Assembly (NCBI GenBank): GCA_963726395.1 | Contig: CAVSCG010000036.1 | Location: 19,060 to 83,059, forward strand | Length of the DNA: 64,000 nt | From: an uncultured delta proteobacterium | GTDB lineage: Bacteria; Desulfobacterota; Syntrophia; Syntrophales; Smithellaceae | Direction of reading: 5' to 3' | Shown here: in pieces, positions 1 to 9,203 of the stretch | Numbering within the stretch: position 1 is the stretch's first letter | Layout: each line of letters opens with the position of its first letter | Notes under the pieces: model-generated | Seen by the model: only the letters and a program-made list of their open reading frames with translations | What the model was told of the DNA's origin: nothing | Databases searched by the model: none | Made by a program: the position numbers and the translations under genes

Positions 1-813
1 AAGAAACTGTAAAGCATTTGTGGGACTGATCATTATAATCATGATTTTATCTAGCAGACCCGAGGAACTTGACAAATAATCATTTTCGTGGATTCTGTAT
101 ACATATAGGCAAGCAATTGCGATTAAAAAAATACTTATCAAAAGTAGTCGAAACCAGCAATCTTTCGATAGTTTGAAGCGATGAATCAGTAAGTAGCATA
201 AAAACGTCGAGCCCAACGAAGGCGCAAAAACGAAAGCCAAATTTCCACCAAAGACTAGTATCGCCAAAGTAGAAAATACAAAAGCTGGGAACCAGTACTT
301 CAGGTCACTCCTCGTTAGAAATAATTCCAGACTGATAAAGCTGGCAATAAAAAAAGGCATTGGCGCTTGAAAAACAAAACCATACGCAAAGGTCAGTCCT
401 TCCCATTGAATAACACTAAAAACAACCAAGCTTAGCAAAAAAAATGATGCTGTGATGAACTCCAATGAACACCTGGGTAATAGACTCTTTCGATAGTCCC
501 GATAAATCAAAATGGCTGATGCCAGCATCAGAAAAGGAATCAAAAGAACAATTATCCTTGATTTCATGCCAAATATTTTTATATTGACCCATTGAATAAC
601 TCCGTATCCTAATATTCGATTTAGGGCAGTTGGTCGCCAAAGATCCCCAAAGGTCAGAGATCCGTCGCAGTACTTTTCAACAAATCCACCTTTAATGAGA
701 TACATATCATCCCGAAAGGCCACATCAGCGGCAGTGGACCAGACATAAAAAAGCGTTATGGCAAAAGGAATGCATATGGATAAACAGCAATATAATTTTG
801 ATTTCATACTCAT
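1..813 (-). CDS. Integral membrane protein, N-terminal part only (continues past left edge); possible GT-C-type glycosyltransferase or polymerase
   Basis: Absent from the ORF track because its stop lies left of position 1. Hand translation from ATG 813..811 gives MSMKSKLYCCLSICIPFAITLFYVWSTAADVAFRDDMYLIKGGF...VLLIPFLMLASAILIYRDY...AFVFSTLAILVFGGNLAFVFAP, open to position 1 with many hydrophobic helices. The ATG overlaps the TGA of the upstream gene (ATGA). Listed ORF 416..640 is an out-of-frame shadow. Confidence 0.6.
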   Translation of the reverse strand, partial: MSMKSKLYCCLSICIPFAITLFYVWSTAADVAFRDDMYLIKGGFVEKYCDGSLTFGDLWRPTALNRILGYGVIQWVNIKIFGMKSRIIVLLIPFLMLASAILIYRDYRKSLLPRCSLEFITASFFLLSLVVFSVIQWEGLTFAYGFVFQAPMPFFIASFISLELFLTRSDLKYWFPAFVFSTLAILVFGGNLAFVFAPSLGSTFLCYLLIHRFKLSKDCWFRLLLISIFLIAIACLYVYRIHENDYLSSSSGLLDKIMIIMISPTNALQFL

Positions 814-3050
814 ATTGATAAACGCCCTGTAAGAAGTTCTGAAAAGACATTGCCAATTATCTTTTCCGCCTCTTTCATGGAAAAGTTTTCTTCACAGTAT
901 AGAAGCCCGGCGCGAGACAGTGCTTCCCATAACGGTTTATCGACGCACAGGGACTGGATCATTTGAGCCAGTTCATACGGATCGTCAGAAACGAGAATAT
1001 TTTTATGATGAACCAAACCTGTACCTTCAGCGGCTGTTTTTGTCGCTACACAAGGAACGCCGTAACTGAGGCTGGTAATCACCTTGCCTTTCATGCCCGC
1101 GCCGTATCTGAGCGGCGCTATGGAAAGACGACATTTACCGAATACATCGGCAAGGTCCTTCACATATCCCATAGCAACAATATCATCGGAAGCCAGAGCA
1201 GCTACCTCGTCGGGCACGTTACTGCCGACAATCAAAAATCGCTCCGTAAAACCGCCGGCGCGTAGAATCGGCCAAACTTCACTGACAAAATACTGGACGG
1301 CGTCCGCATTAGGCGGATGCGTGAAGCCGCCGATAAACACGATATCCCGACGATCTTCCCAGGGAATATCAGATAAACCAGGAATCTCTCTCACAATGGG
1401 AATGTTGAATAACCGGGCATCCGGAACCAGTTCTTGTAAAAATTCTACTTCGTATCTGCTGCGTAATATCGTCGCGTCAACTTTTCTGATGATTCCAAGC
1501 TCTTGTGTCTTGATGTTTGCTGCTCTGGCCAGCAATGCGGCAGATCCCTCTAATTCGGCTCTCCGTTCCTCGCGTAAAAAATGCAGATCCACGGTATCGA
1601 AGATTATCCGCGCATCGGGTGCGTATAGCCTGACTAAATCAACCAGATGAGACGCCACATACACTCTGCAAAGAATCACGATATCCGCTTCCGGCGCATA
1701 TCGCATAACGGCTTCTTTGGATGTATTCACAAACGGAAGATAAGCGCATTCTACACCAATTCTCTGCAAATCTCTGGTGTAATCATCAAAATATATAAGG
1801 TTTTCCGGAACAAAGGTGACATGAAAACCCATTTTTTTCATAATCTTCATATAATTAAACGCATCCATGGATCCCGAATCTTTATCTGGCGTTGGCGTTA
1901 AGGCATCAATGATCAGAACACGACCTTTCAACGTGCGATCAGCAGGTATATCGTCCGGATCGTAACTGCCATGCATGGTCAACACATGCTTCCATTTGTG
2001 AAAGAATTGCTGTTGATTAACAACCTGATATTTTTTGATTCCCGAATCTTCTGATTTTCCATGTGTTATCCCCTCAAAATGTACAACTTCGGCCAGAGGC
2101 TGATAAAGCACTCTATAACCAGCTGCTCTCACCTGAAAAGCAAGATCAGTGTCTTCATAGTAGGCAGGAGCAAATCGCTCATCAAAACCACCCAACTGCT
2201 TCCAGAGTTGCGAGGAAACAGCAATAGAAGCCCCTGAACAATAATCAACATCTCGCAGATAATTAAACTGAGGACGCAAAGGATTAGTGCAACGTCCGTA
2301 AATCCAAGCGCCAACATCATGGAACACAATGCCACCGGCATCCTGCAACATTCCATCCGGATACAACAGCTTGCAACCGACAAGTCCCACGGCAGAATTT
2401 TCATCCAGGGGTTGCACAAGTTCATCAAGCCAACCTGGACACACTAATGTATCGTTATTTAAGAACACGATGTACCGTCCCTGAGCTTTTTTTGCGGCAG
2501 CATTGCAATTTTTTAAGAAACCCTGACTTGTTTCATTACGGAAATATCGTACCTTCGTAAAACGATTCTGAAACACGGCAGGCGTCTGATCCGTTGAATG
2601 GTCATCGGCAATAATGATTTCATAATCATCTCGACCGGCGTTTACAAAGATGGAGTGCAGACAAGCTATCGTAAACCTTATCTGATTATACACAGGAATG
2701 ATGATGGATATTCTGACAATATCATGATGTCCGGAAATATTTTCTGACAACTTTTTTAAATCAGATATCCATAAATTTATTTCATCATCGCCCGGCAAAG
2801 CCAGCGTTGAATGTTTTGATGAAATCGGTAATTGATACTGAGAAATCAGACGGTAAATAATTTCCGGAAATTTTTTTGTGTATTGCTCCTCCCGGATATA
2901 CAATTCTTCGGACCTTTGAAGGAATTTTCGCAGATCCCATGAATTATTAATCAGAAAAAACCACGCTTTTTTTATCATATGAGGCTGCAAAAGCCTCAGG
3001 AACATTCGCGGATTAGCCAAAACAGATCGTAGAATTCGCATGAAAATCAT
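810..3050 (-). CDS. Two-domain glycosyltransferase (GT2 domain + C-terminal GT1/GT4-like domain)
   Basis: 746 aa ORF. GT2 signature: SIIIPVYNQ...ADDHSTDQT...FLNNDT...YYEDTDLAF. C-terminal Rossmann GT-B-like part: FIGGF...GMKGKVITSLSYGVPCVATKTAAEG. Confidence 0.85.
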   Translation of the reverse strand: MIFMRILRSVLANPRMFLRLLQPHMIKKAWFFLINNSWDLRKFLQRSEELYIREEQYTKKFPEIIYRLISQYQLPISSKHSTLALPGDDEINLWISDLKKLSENISGHHDIVRISIIIPVYNQIRFTIACLHSIFVNAGRDDYEIIIADDHSTDQTPAVFQNRFTKVRYFRNETSQGFLKNCNAAAKKAQGRYIVFLNNDTLVCPGWLDELVQPLDENSAVGLVGCKLLYPDGMLQDAGGIVFHDVGAWIYGRCTNPLRPQFNYLRDVDYCSGASIAVSSQLWKQLGGFDERFAPAYYEDTDLAFQVRAAGYRVLYQPLAEVVHFEGITHGKSEDSGIKKYQVVNQQQFFHKWKHVLTMHGSYDPDDIPADRTLKGRVLIIDALTPTPDKDSGSMDAFNYMKIMKKMGFHVTFVPENLIYFDDYTRDLQRIGVECAYLPFVNTSKEAVMRYAPEADIVILCRVYVASHLVDLVRLYAPDARIIFDTVDLHFLREERRAELEGSAALLARAANIKTQELGIIRKVDATILRSRYEVEFLQELVPDARLFNIPIVREIPGLSDIPWEDRRDIVFIGGFTHPPNADAVQYFVSEVWPILRAGGFTERFLIVGSNVPDEVAALASDDIVAMGYVKDLADVFGKCRLSIAPLRYGAGMKGKVITSLSYGVPCVATKTAAEGTGLVHHKNILVSDDPYELAQMIQSLCVDKPLWEALSRAGLLYCEENFSMKEAEKIIGNVFSELLTGRLSI

Positions 3051-3394
3051 TTATTTATTTCTGTGCATCATGATTTATTTTTAATAATGCTTAAAAGTTT
3101 GTAGCCCAGCGTCTCGCATCTCAAAATCGTTGAAAGATTTTTTAATTATCGCTTCACTTTTTTATCTTCTGTAAGACAGGAATATCACACATGCCATACC
3201 GAAAAATTTGCAGAACTGATTTTCATATCATTTCAATGACAAAGTGATAGTTATGCGATCATACCGTAAAATCGGATTATCAAAACACCTATGCTCTATA
3301 ATTGATTTATAAAAAATTATGATGCAATATTTGGGACAGTCTAGCTCTTGTTATCATATTTCCCAACCGGAAGCCCGCCATATCGAGCCAATCT

Positions 3395-4369
3395 TCAGGC
3401 TGTTCTTTGCAAATATTGCCGTATGCGTTTCAATTGATTCTTGGTTCTCGGAAATCTGCGGCCAAAAGCATTTAACCAACGTTCCGCTTGTTTCACCCCT
3501 GGAATAGCTTCAAGTTGTCTTATCCGATTGCGCAGCTCTTCTACGTCCTCAGGAAACAGGTAGTTGGGATATCCACCTACGGTTGTCACCGGCAGCGAGT
3601 ATGCTCGAGACAGCGACTCCTTCCTTCCAAGCCGCTCCCAGTGTATCAATCCGCGAATCACCTTGTCCCAGGCCATAACCGTTGCCAGAGCAAAAGAAAG
3701 TTCCCCGTCGTTCTTTTCATCAAGGCGAAAATTAAACTCTTCGTAAGCCTTGGCTACACAGTCCTCAAAAGAAAACCCATTTGATGAATAATTATCTTTC
3801 AGGGCATATTGAAGCTGCCGTTCTATAAATTGCTCAACGCTGTTGTAGTTCTCATGATGAATGTGCAGACAGCCCGGCGGTTCCAGCGTATGGAGCCGTT
3901 CCTGACCCGTCAGTACTTCCGGCAGCTTGTGGGTGGTATCGCTCCACCGCACACACCCTTTCCGGAAAAGGCGGATTTGTTGATCCGGATACCAGTTGCT
4001 GCCCCGCATAATCTGACCGGCAATCATGTTGTAGCGGGGAATAAAAAAAGCATCACAACTTCGCCCATACTGCTCCAACAGCTCATGAATTATTTGTTCT
4101 GCGTCTTTGGCCAAATACTCATCCGCATCAAGTACCAATATCCATTCATGACGGCCACGTCCCAAAAAATCATTCCGAATACCGTCTATTCGCTGTACAA
4201 CCGGAGCCTGTAATACCGTAGCCCCATACTGTCGGGCAATCTCGCAAGTTCGGTCATGGCTATCCATGTCAACCACAATACATTCCTCCGCCCAACGCAC
4301 TGACTCCATCAAGCGGGACAAAGTCGTTTCCGCATTCCTCGTATGAATAATCACCGTAATGTTTAGCAT
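3395..4369 (-). CDS. Glycosyltransferase family 2
   Basis: 324 aa. Contains ITVIIHTRNAETTLSRLMESVRWAEECIVVDMDSHDRT and LDADEY (DxD). Confidence 0.85.
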   Translation of the reverse strand: MLNITVIIHTRNAETTLSRLMESVRWAEECIVVDMDSHDRTCEIARQYGATVLQAPVVQRIDGIRNDFLGRGRHEWILVLDADEYLAKDAEQIIHELLEQYGRSCDAFFIPRYNMIAGQIMRGSNWYPDQQIRLFRKGCVRWSDTTHKLPEVLTGQERLHTLEPPGCLHIHHENYNSVEQFIERQLQYALKDNYSSNGFSFEDCVAKAYEEFNFRLDEKNDGELSFALATVMAWDKVIRGLIHWERLGRKESLSRAYSLPVTTVGGYPNYLFPEDVEELRNRIRQLEAIPGVKQAERWLNAFGRRFPRTKNQLKRIRQYLQRTA

Positions 4370-4373
4370 GGCA

Positions 4374-5108
4374 TCACCCGTCTATTGTGTATTTCCCTCT
4401 CCAGCGCTCAAGAAACAGCTGGCGGGACGTAACATCCAGCTCGATGCGCCCTGGCGTCAGCGATTCAAAATGAAGAGGACGCCCCGCATTGACACACACC
4501 ACTCGATGGCCACGTTGCCTGACTCTCAAACAGAAGTCAATGTCCTCGAGTCCGAACGCATAGGATTCGTCAAATCCCCCGACCTGCTCGAACAGCTCCC
4601 GTCTGACCATCATGCATGCGCCGGTTACAGCTTGGAAATCTTCAACAAAACAGAGCGGTTCCAAGAATCGACCACGATCCAGATGATAGGGCCCTATATC
4701 ATCTCGGCCGAATACCACGCCTCTGTGTTGCACGCGCCCGTCCGGGAAATAAAGCCATGATCCGGTAACACCTATGCCAGCATTACAACCGTGCTGCATC
4801 ATAAGTAAAAGGGATGACTGGTCGAGAAGCACGTCGTTATTAAGAAAAAGCACGTATTCTGAAGTGCTCTCCTGCACAGCCTTATTGCAGGCTGTCGCAA
4901 ACGCTTTGTGACCATCAAAACGCAGAAGCCGAATTCGCCGGTCAGCAAAAGAAGATGCATTATAGGGCCGCGGTGATGCGTTATCCGCCACGATAACCTC
5001 AACCGGCTCGGACAGATGGACAGAACTTTCAAAAAAGCTTTTCAGGCAAAAACGCAACATCTCATCGAGACCGCGGGATACAATCACTGCGCAGAGAAGA
5101 TTCTTCAT
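4374..5108 (-). CDS. Glycosyltransferase family 2 (rhamnosyltransferase-like)
   Basis: Start chosen at MKNLLCAVIVSRG (ATG 5108..5106), which overlaps the upstream TGA 5107..5105 as ATGA. Motifs: VADNASP, FLNNDVLL, GACMMVRRELFEQVGGFDESY..EDIDFCLR. Confidence 0.8.
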   Translation of the reverse strand: MKNLLCAVIVSRGLDEMLRFCLKSFFESSVHLSEPVEVIVADNASPRPYNASSFADRRIRLLRFDGHKAFATACNKAVQESTSEYVLFLNNDVLLDQSSLLLMMQHGCNAGIGVTGSWLYFPDGRVQHRGVVFGRDDIGPYHLDRGRFLEPLCFVEDFQAVTGACMMVRRELFEQVGGFDESYAFGLEDIDFCLRVRQRGHRVVCVNAGRPLHFESLTPGRIELDVTSRQLFLERWRGKYTIDG

Positions 5109-5995
5109 ACTGTTTTTCTCCAGCTCGATAACGGTCCATCCAGTAACGATGCAAGACGTTGCATCATCCGGCCTGTCGTGTATCGCCTTGCGGTTGCAAC
5201 TGCCGCTTGCCGCATTCGGAAAAGCAGACCGGCACATTGTTCCTGAAGAATCTCTCCAACGGCGCCCACAAAGTCCTGCGACTTTACGATCCGGCAATTT
5301 ATGCCATCGTCAAGGTATTCCATGCCTCCCAAAACCGGTAAAGACACAACCAGGCAGCCAGCCGCCATTGCTTCTAGTGCAGGAAGTCCAAACCATTCAT
5401 GCTCAGCGGTCGCCAAATAAATTGAGCTGTACTGCATGATACGGGCTACCTCAGCTTCACAAATATTGTCGATCGCAATATAACGCTTGCTCGCGTAAGC
5501 GCGCTTTACCTCATCGCATATATACCCGCCACGGCGTGGCATGTATGCAACAGCGTTTTCGAATTTCGGCACTCCGGCGTAAAAAAAACTCGACGTTATT
5601 GATATTCCAACCTCGATAGGATTAATTACACTATGCGTCTGGACATATTCCGTGGCTTGCCTCCAGCAGGTAAGCACCTGCACGGAAGAATTGGCAAGAA
5701 TAGGATCAATGAGAGGATCTGTCCCCTGGCAGTGGAACACTAACTGTCCGGGAAGTTTCCGTAAAGCAGCATAATCATGCGGCAGTGAAAACACAGCGGT
5801 GTCTTCCGGCCGAAATGAATCACGCACGGCTTCAGCATCAACGACCGCAGCATGAGAAAAAAACCAATCCGCAGTTCTTCCTCCGGGAGAAGCAATGACT
5901 GCCATTACTCCAAGCGCATTCAGCGCATCAACAAACTGGTAGGCAACCTTGATCCCACCAAATATTGTCGTATCGGGAACGAAGTAATACAACAT
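5105..5995 (-). CDS. Glycosyltransferase, GT1/GT4-like
   Basis: 296 aa. E-x7-E-type motif EHEWFGLPALEAMAAGCLVV. Start shares one base with the upstream stop. Confidence 0.7.
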   Translation of the reverse strand: MLYYFVPDTTIFGGIKVAYQFVDALNALGVMAVIASPGGRTADWFFSHAAVVDAEAVRDSFRPEDTAVFSLPHDYAALRKLPGQLVFHCQGTDPLIDPILANSSVQVLTCWRQATEYVQTHSVINPIEVGISITSSFFYAGVPKFENAVAYMPRRGGYICDEVKRAYASKRYIAIDNICEAEVARIMQYSSIYLATAEHEWFGLPALEAMAAGCLVVSLPVLGGMEYLDDGINCRIVKSQDFVGAVGEILQEQCAGLLFRMRQAAVATARRYTTGRMMQRLASLLDGPLSSWRKTV

Positions 5996-6812
5996 CAGTT
6001 ATGCCCCTGTTGTGTCATCCTTTTGTTTTTTGGTATTAACATAAACAAAAGTCTTTCAAAACAAGCTCCGTAATGTCGACGTGCATATTGCATTCTGGCA
6101 GCATTTAACAAATTTATACGATGATTGCAATCGATCGATGAACCGAGTTGAGCATGATGCTGTACCGTGAAGTCGAGCGTCATCACGTTACCACCCAACC
6201 GGGTAATCGCTAGTCCAAATTCAACGTCTTCCATATACAAAAAATACCGCTCATCAAATCCTCCGGCTTCCAAGAAAAGATCCCGCGAAATAAAAGCACA
6301 GGCACACAACGGCCATTGCCAGCTTTTAGTGTCATAATCGGGGAGAAGCTTGATGAGTTTGACGATCCGGGACCAACCACGATTGATTTCAATCATATCG
6401 GCAAAAATCTTTTTCCATGTATAACCAGGCTGGCAGCCTTTAACAATCGTCCCGTCGTCGTGAAGAAAATCGGGCACTGCAACGCAACGCCCGTGCTTTC
6501 GGAGTAATTGCGAGGCAACCTCAAGAGCCCGGCATCAACAATGCAATCAGGATTAAGAAAGCAAAGAAATGGTGACCGTGCCGCACGCGCACCGTAATTT
6601 ACTGCGCGTGCAAATCCATAGTTCTGGTTTAACGCATAGACTTCCGCTCCGGCATCACGTGCAAGCTCCACCGAGCCATCACTTGAAGCGTTGTCAACAA
6701 CCAGCACCTGGCCGGCAGAACACGCCTCCAGCGCAGCGAGGCAATCCGGCAATACAGCAGCGGAGTTGTGCGTAACGATTAATGTCGTTAATTCCCGTTT
6801 ACTAAATCCCAA
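5995..6812 (-). pseudogene. Glycosyltransferase family 2, frameshifted
   Basis: Two overlapping ORFs (6393..6812 and 5995..6477) together form one GT2: TLIVTHNSAAVLPDCLAALE..VVDNASSDGS..FLNPDCIVDAG | ALEVASQLLRKHGRCVAVPDFLHDDG..FISRDLFLEAGGFDERYFLYMEDVEFG. Adding one C to the C3 run at 6528..6530 restores the frame. Confidence 0.8.
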
Positions 6813-6861
6813 TTTTCTCCTCTCCGGATTGAAAATTTTTTCCGTCTATTGTATAGAACTC

Positions 6862-7651
6862 TTAACAACGACACCGCAGCGCCCGCATACGCAAGGCCGT
6901 ATCCGGTGCCGGCCCTTTGCAGAAATTGCTGAAATGCGCAACTCGCGCTCCCCGACGGGGGAAACCTTCATCCCAGTATTCGCAGTGGTTCCACTCCCAT
7001 GGCAGTTCCTGGCATATGCCGGGATAAAGACTGTTCGTCCATACCTGGAAGTAATCCTGATCGGCAATCATATGTTGACCCAGTATGATGATCCGAACTA
7101 CTCCTGCGAATCTCCATTAGAGCCCAGCGTGTAACAGCGGCAATTGCCTTTCGTTGTCCAAGAATCACGCCGCTGTTGAAAAATCGAAATGTTGACAAGG
7201 CAGGCGGAGCAAGATCCGGCGCAATAAAGGCCAGTGAATGGCGACAGTAATGCTCCCTGAATGCAGCCCGGTTCATCGCCGATCCGGTAATGGTTGTCTG
7301 TTCAACCATGCCCAACAGGTGCTGATTGAGTGCCGCCCTCACCAAACGGTCATCCAGAGGTTGAAGCAACATCGCATCCGCATCAAGTAACATAATCAGA
7401 TCATCATCGCTGCTACGAAGACAGGCCTCGAGCGCCCTGAATTTGCCGAGAAATCTCCAAGAACGGTGAGATCCTTCATATCGGTTATATTCGGCCACGC
7501 ATAGCCGGGAGGAACTCAACTTCAACAAGGACGTATTGTCGCAACTTACAAACACATTAAAAGCAGTCAGCTCCAAGACTGAGCGGACTGCTTCACATCC
7601 TGCTTTGTAATAGGCATCACTTCCATGGATTAAGAAACAAACACAGGCCAT
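6862..7651 (-). pseudogene. GT8-like glycosyltransferase, frameshifted
   Basis: ORF 6968..7651 has LLDADAML (DxD) and FFNSGVILG. Its continuation IADQDYFQVW..LPWEWNH lies in another frame (6862..7071). The shift is near 7108. The 3' end is uncertain. Confidence 0.6.
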
Positions 7652-8168
7652 AGCAAATGAAACAGCTCCTATTTTAAAATACTGAAATTATGATTAAAGG
7701 AATGATAGGAAGAAGTCCGTTTTTATACAATACATTTTTTCGTAAATAAATAGTAATGGATAAAAAGGAAACATCGAGGGTTTAGTTTATTAAGATCGAT
7801 GTATCCATATAAATCCGAATGTCAACAAAACGTGAAAGAAATGTTCGGCAATCATTTCTTAATTTCGTAAAAGGAGAAAATTGTTTGGTTGCGTAAAACA
7901 CCATATTTATGTGTACTTTGTTTGCATCTCCCCGCGGGGAGGGCGTAGCAGAACAAAACGAAGGCCTCGAAGCCTGAATTCGTGTTATTGTTGAAAGTGC
8001 TTTCAAATTTGTAATCCAATGTCTCGTGTATTTAAAAGGACATACCTATTTCAAAAATAATTACTATAAATTCGACTATAAACAAAATTTCACACTGCAT
8101 GTTTTTTCTTATCTTCCAGAGCGTTTCTTCATATCGTTCACAAACAAGTCTTTCATACTTCGATGGCT

Positions 8169-9203
8169 TTAAGCTTGTTTTTTTAGTTTAATCATTTCTT
8201 TGAATCTTTTCAATCTTTGTCCAATCATACGAAGAGGCCTGGTAATGCGCCAACTGGTAGAGTTATAAAGTGCTGCAATCTGGTTGTCTCTCGCGGTCAA
8301 GAACTGTTGCAGCTCCTCCTTTTGAGCCAGGAGTTCTTCTTTCGTCACGTGACTGGCGCTATAAATAAATTCTACGCTCGGATTATGTCTGTATGAAATA
8401 TTCGTTAACAGCTTAACATCCAATTTGTGTTGCCATATAACATAAGGAAGGCTGAGCTGATCTCGCCTTGAATAATTTTCAACCCACCACCACCAATCAT
8501 TCATCACAGCGATGACTCGATCATCGTGATGTTCCCTGTACATTATATTACTTTCAAACAGACCATTTTTTGCCGGAAAACCGGCTCTTCTGATCAAGTC
8601 CACCTGTCTTCTCATGACATTTTCATCGTCTTTTCCCAGTTCCATGCAAGCAGTGAGTTCATCATAAATGCAACTTCTGACCGGATGTGGTGCAATGGAT
8701 ATCAGACGGGATTCAGCTATGGCCATGTCGATGTCGGCAAACAGATCTTTATTCAAAATATTGATGTTGGCGTCAAGCCATATGCTTTTTTTATACTCGG
8801 GAAACAGGATGTGCGGATGGATTTTATGCCATCTCTGGTTGCGGACATTATCCAGCTTGTCAAAAAGAAGAGGCCTGATGTCCCAGAAAGAATCGGCGGC
8901 GTTGACAATGGATAAATCATCGGTAAAACAAACATAGTCCCAATCCTGATTGACAAATGTATGATTGATAAGATCATCATAGCCGTCGGTTATGCAAGTG
9001 TATATCACGCCTTTTTTTTGACTATTATCCACAGGACTCGACCTTATGTCGCTTTGTATAAATAATGGGTTAATTGCATGAATTATCGCTTTAAAAATGT
9101 CATGATGGTTTTCTGCGCAAGAATAATATGTAAATACGCCTTGCCAATCTTTGTGCCGGGGGTGGCAGCAGATGCATATGTTCTTTAACTTTATTTCCTG
9201 CAA
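8169..9203 (-). CDS. DUF616 (TOD1/MUCI70-like) glycosyltransferase-domain protein with C-terminal STSWRITRPLR module
   Basis: Contains GVIYTCITDGYDDL...WDYVCFTDD, typical of DUF616. The maximal ORF starts at TTG 9203 and overlaps the upstream gene by 104 nt. A GTG at 9032, preceded by AAGG, is an alternative start. Confidence 0.7.
   Translation of the reverse strand: MQEIKLKNICICCHPRHKDWQGVFTYYSCAENHHDIFKAIIHAINPLFIQSDIRSSPVDNSQKKGVIYTCITDGYDDLINHTFVNQDWDYVCFTDDLSIVNAADSFWDIRPLLFDKLDNVRNQRWHKIHPHILFPEYKKSIWLDANINILNKDLFADIDMAIAESRLISIAPHPVRSCIYDELTACMELGKDDENVMRRQVDLIRRAGFPAKNGLFESNIMYREHHDDRVIAVMNDWWWWVENYSRRDQLSLPYVIWQHKLDVKLLTNISYRHNPSVEFIYSASHVTKEELLAQKEELQQFLTARDNQIAALYNSTSWRITRPLRMIGQRLKRFKEMIKLKKQA
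8172..8285 (-). repeat. Third copy of the STSWRITRPLR module, at the C-terminus of the DUF616 protein
   Basis: NQIAALYNSTSWRITRPLRMIGQRLKRFKE matches the two modules in the upstream gene. Confidence 0.8.

Noticed and set aside
416-640. Listed 74-aa ORF on the minus strand.
   Set aside because: It lies out of frame inside the longer open reading frame 1..813 that encodes a coherent membrane protein. It is a shadow ORF.
7925-7950. Perfect palindrome CTCCCCGCGGGGAG in the 7652..8168 intergenic region, considered as a terminator for the DUF616 gene.
   Set aside because: No U-run follows on either strand, and the stem has no loop. At most it is a weak structural element, so I did not call it.
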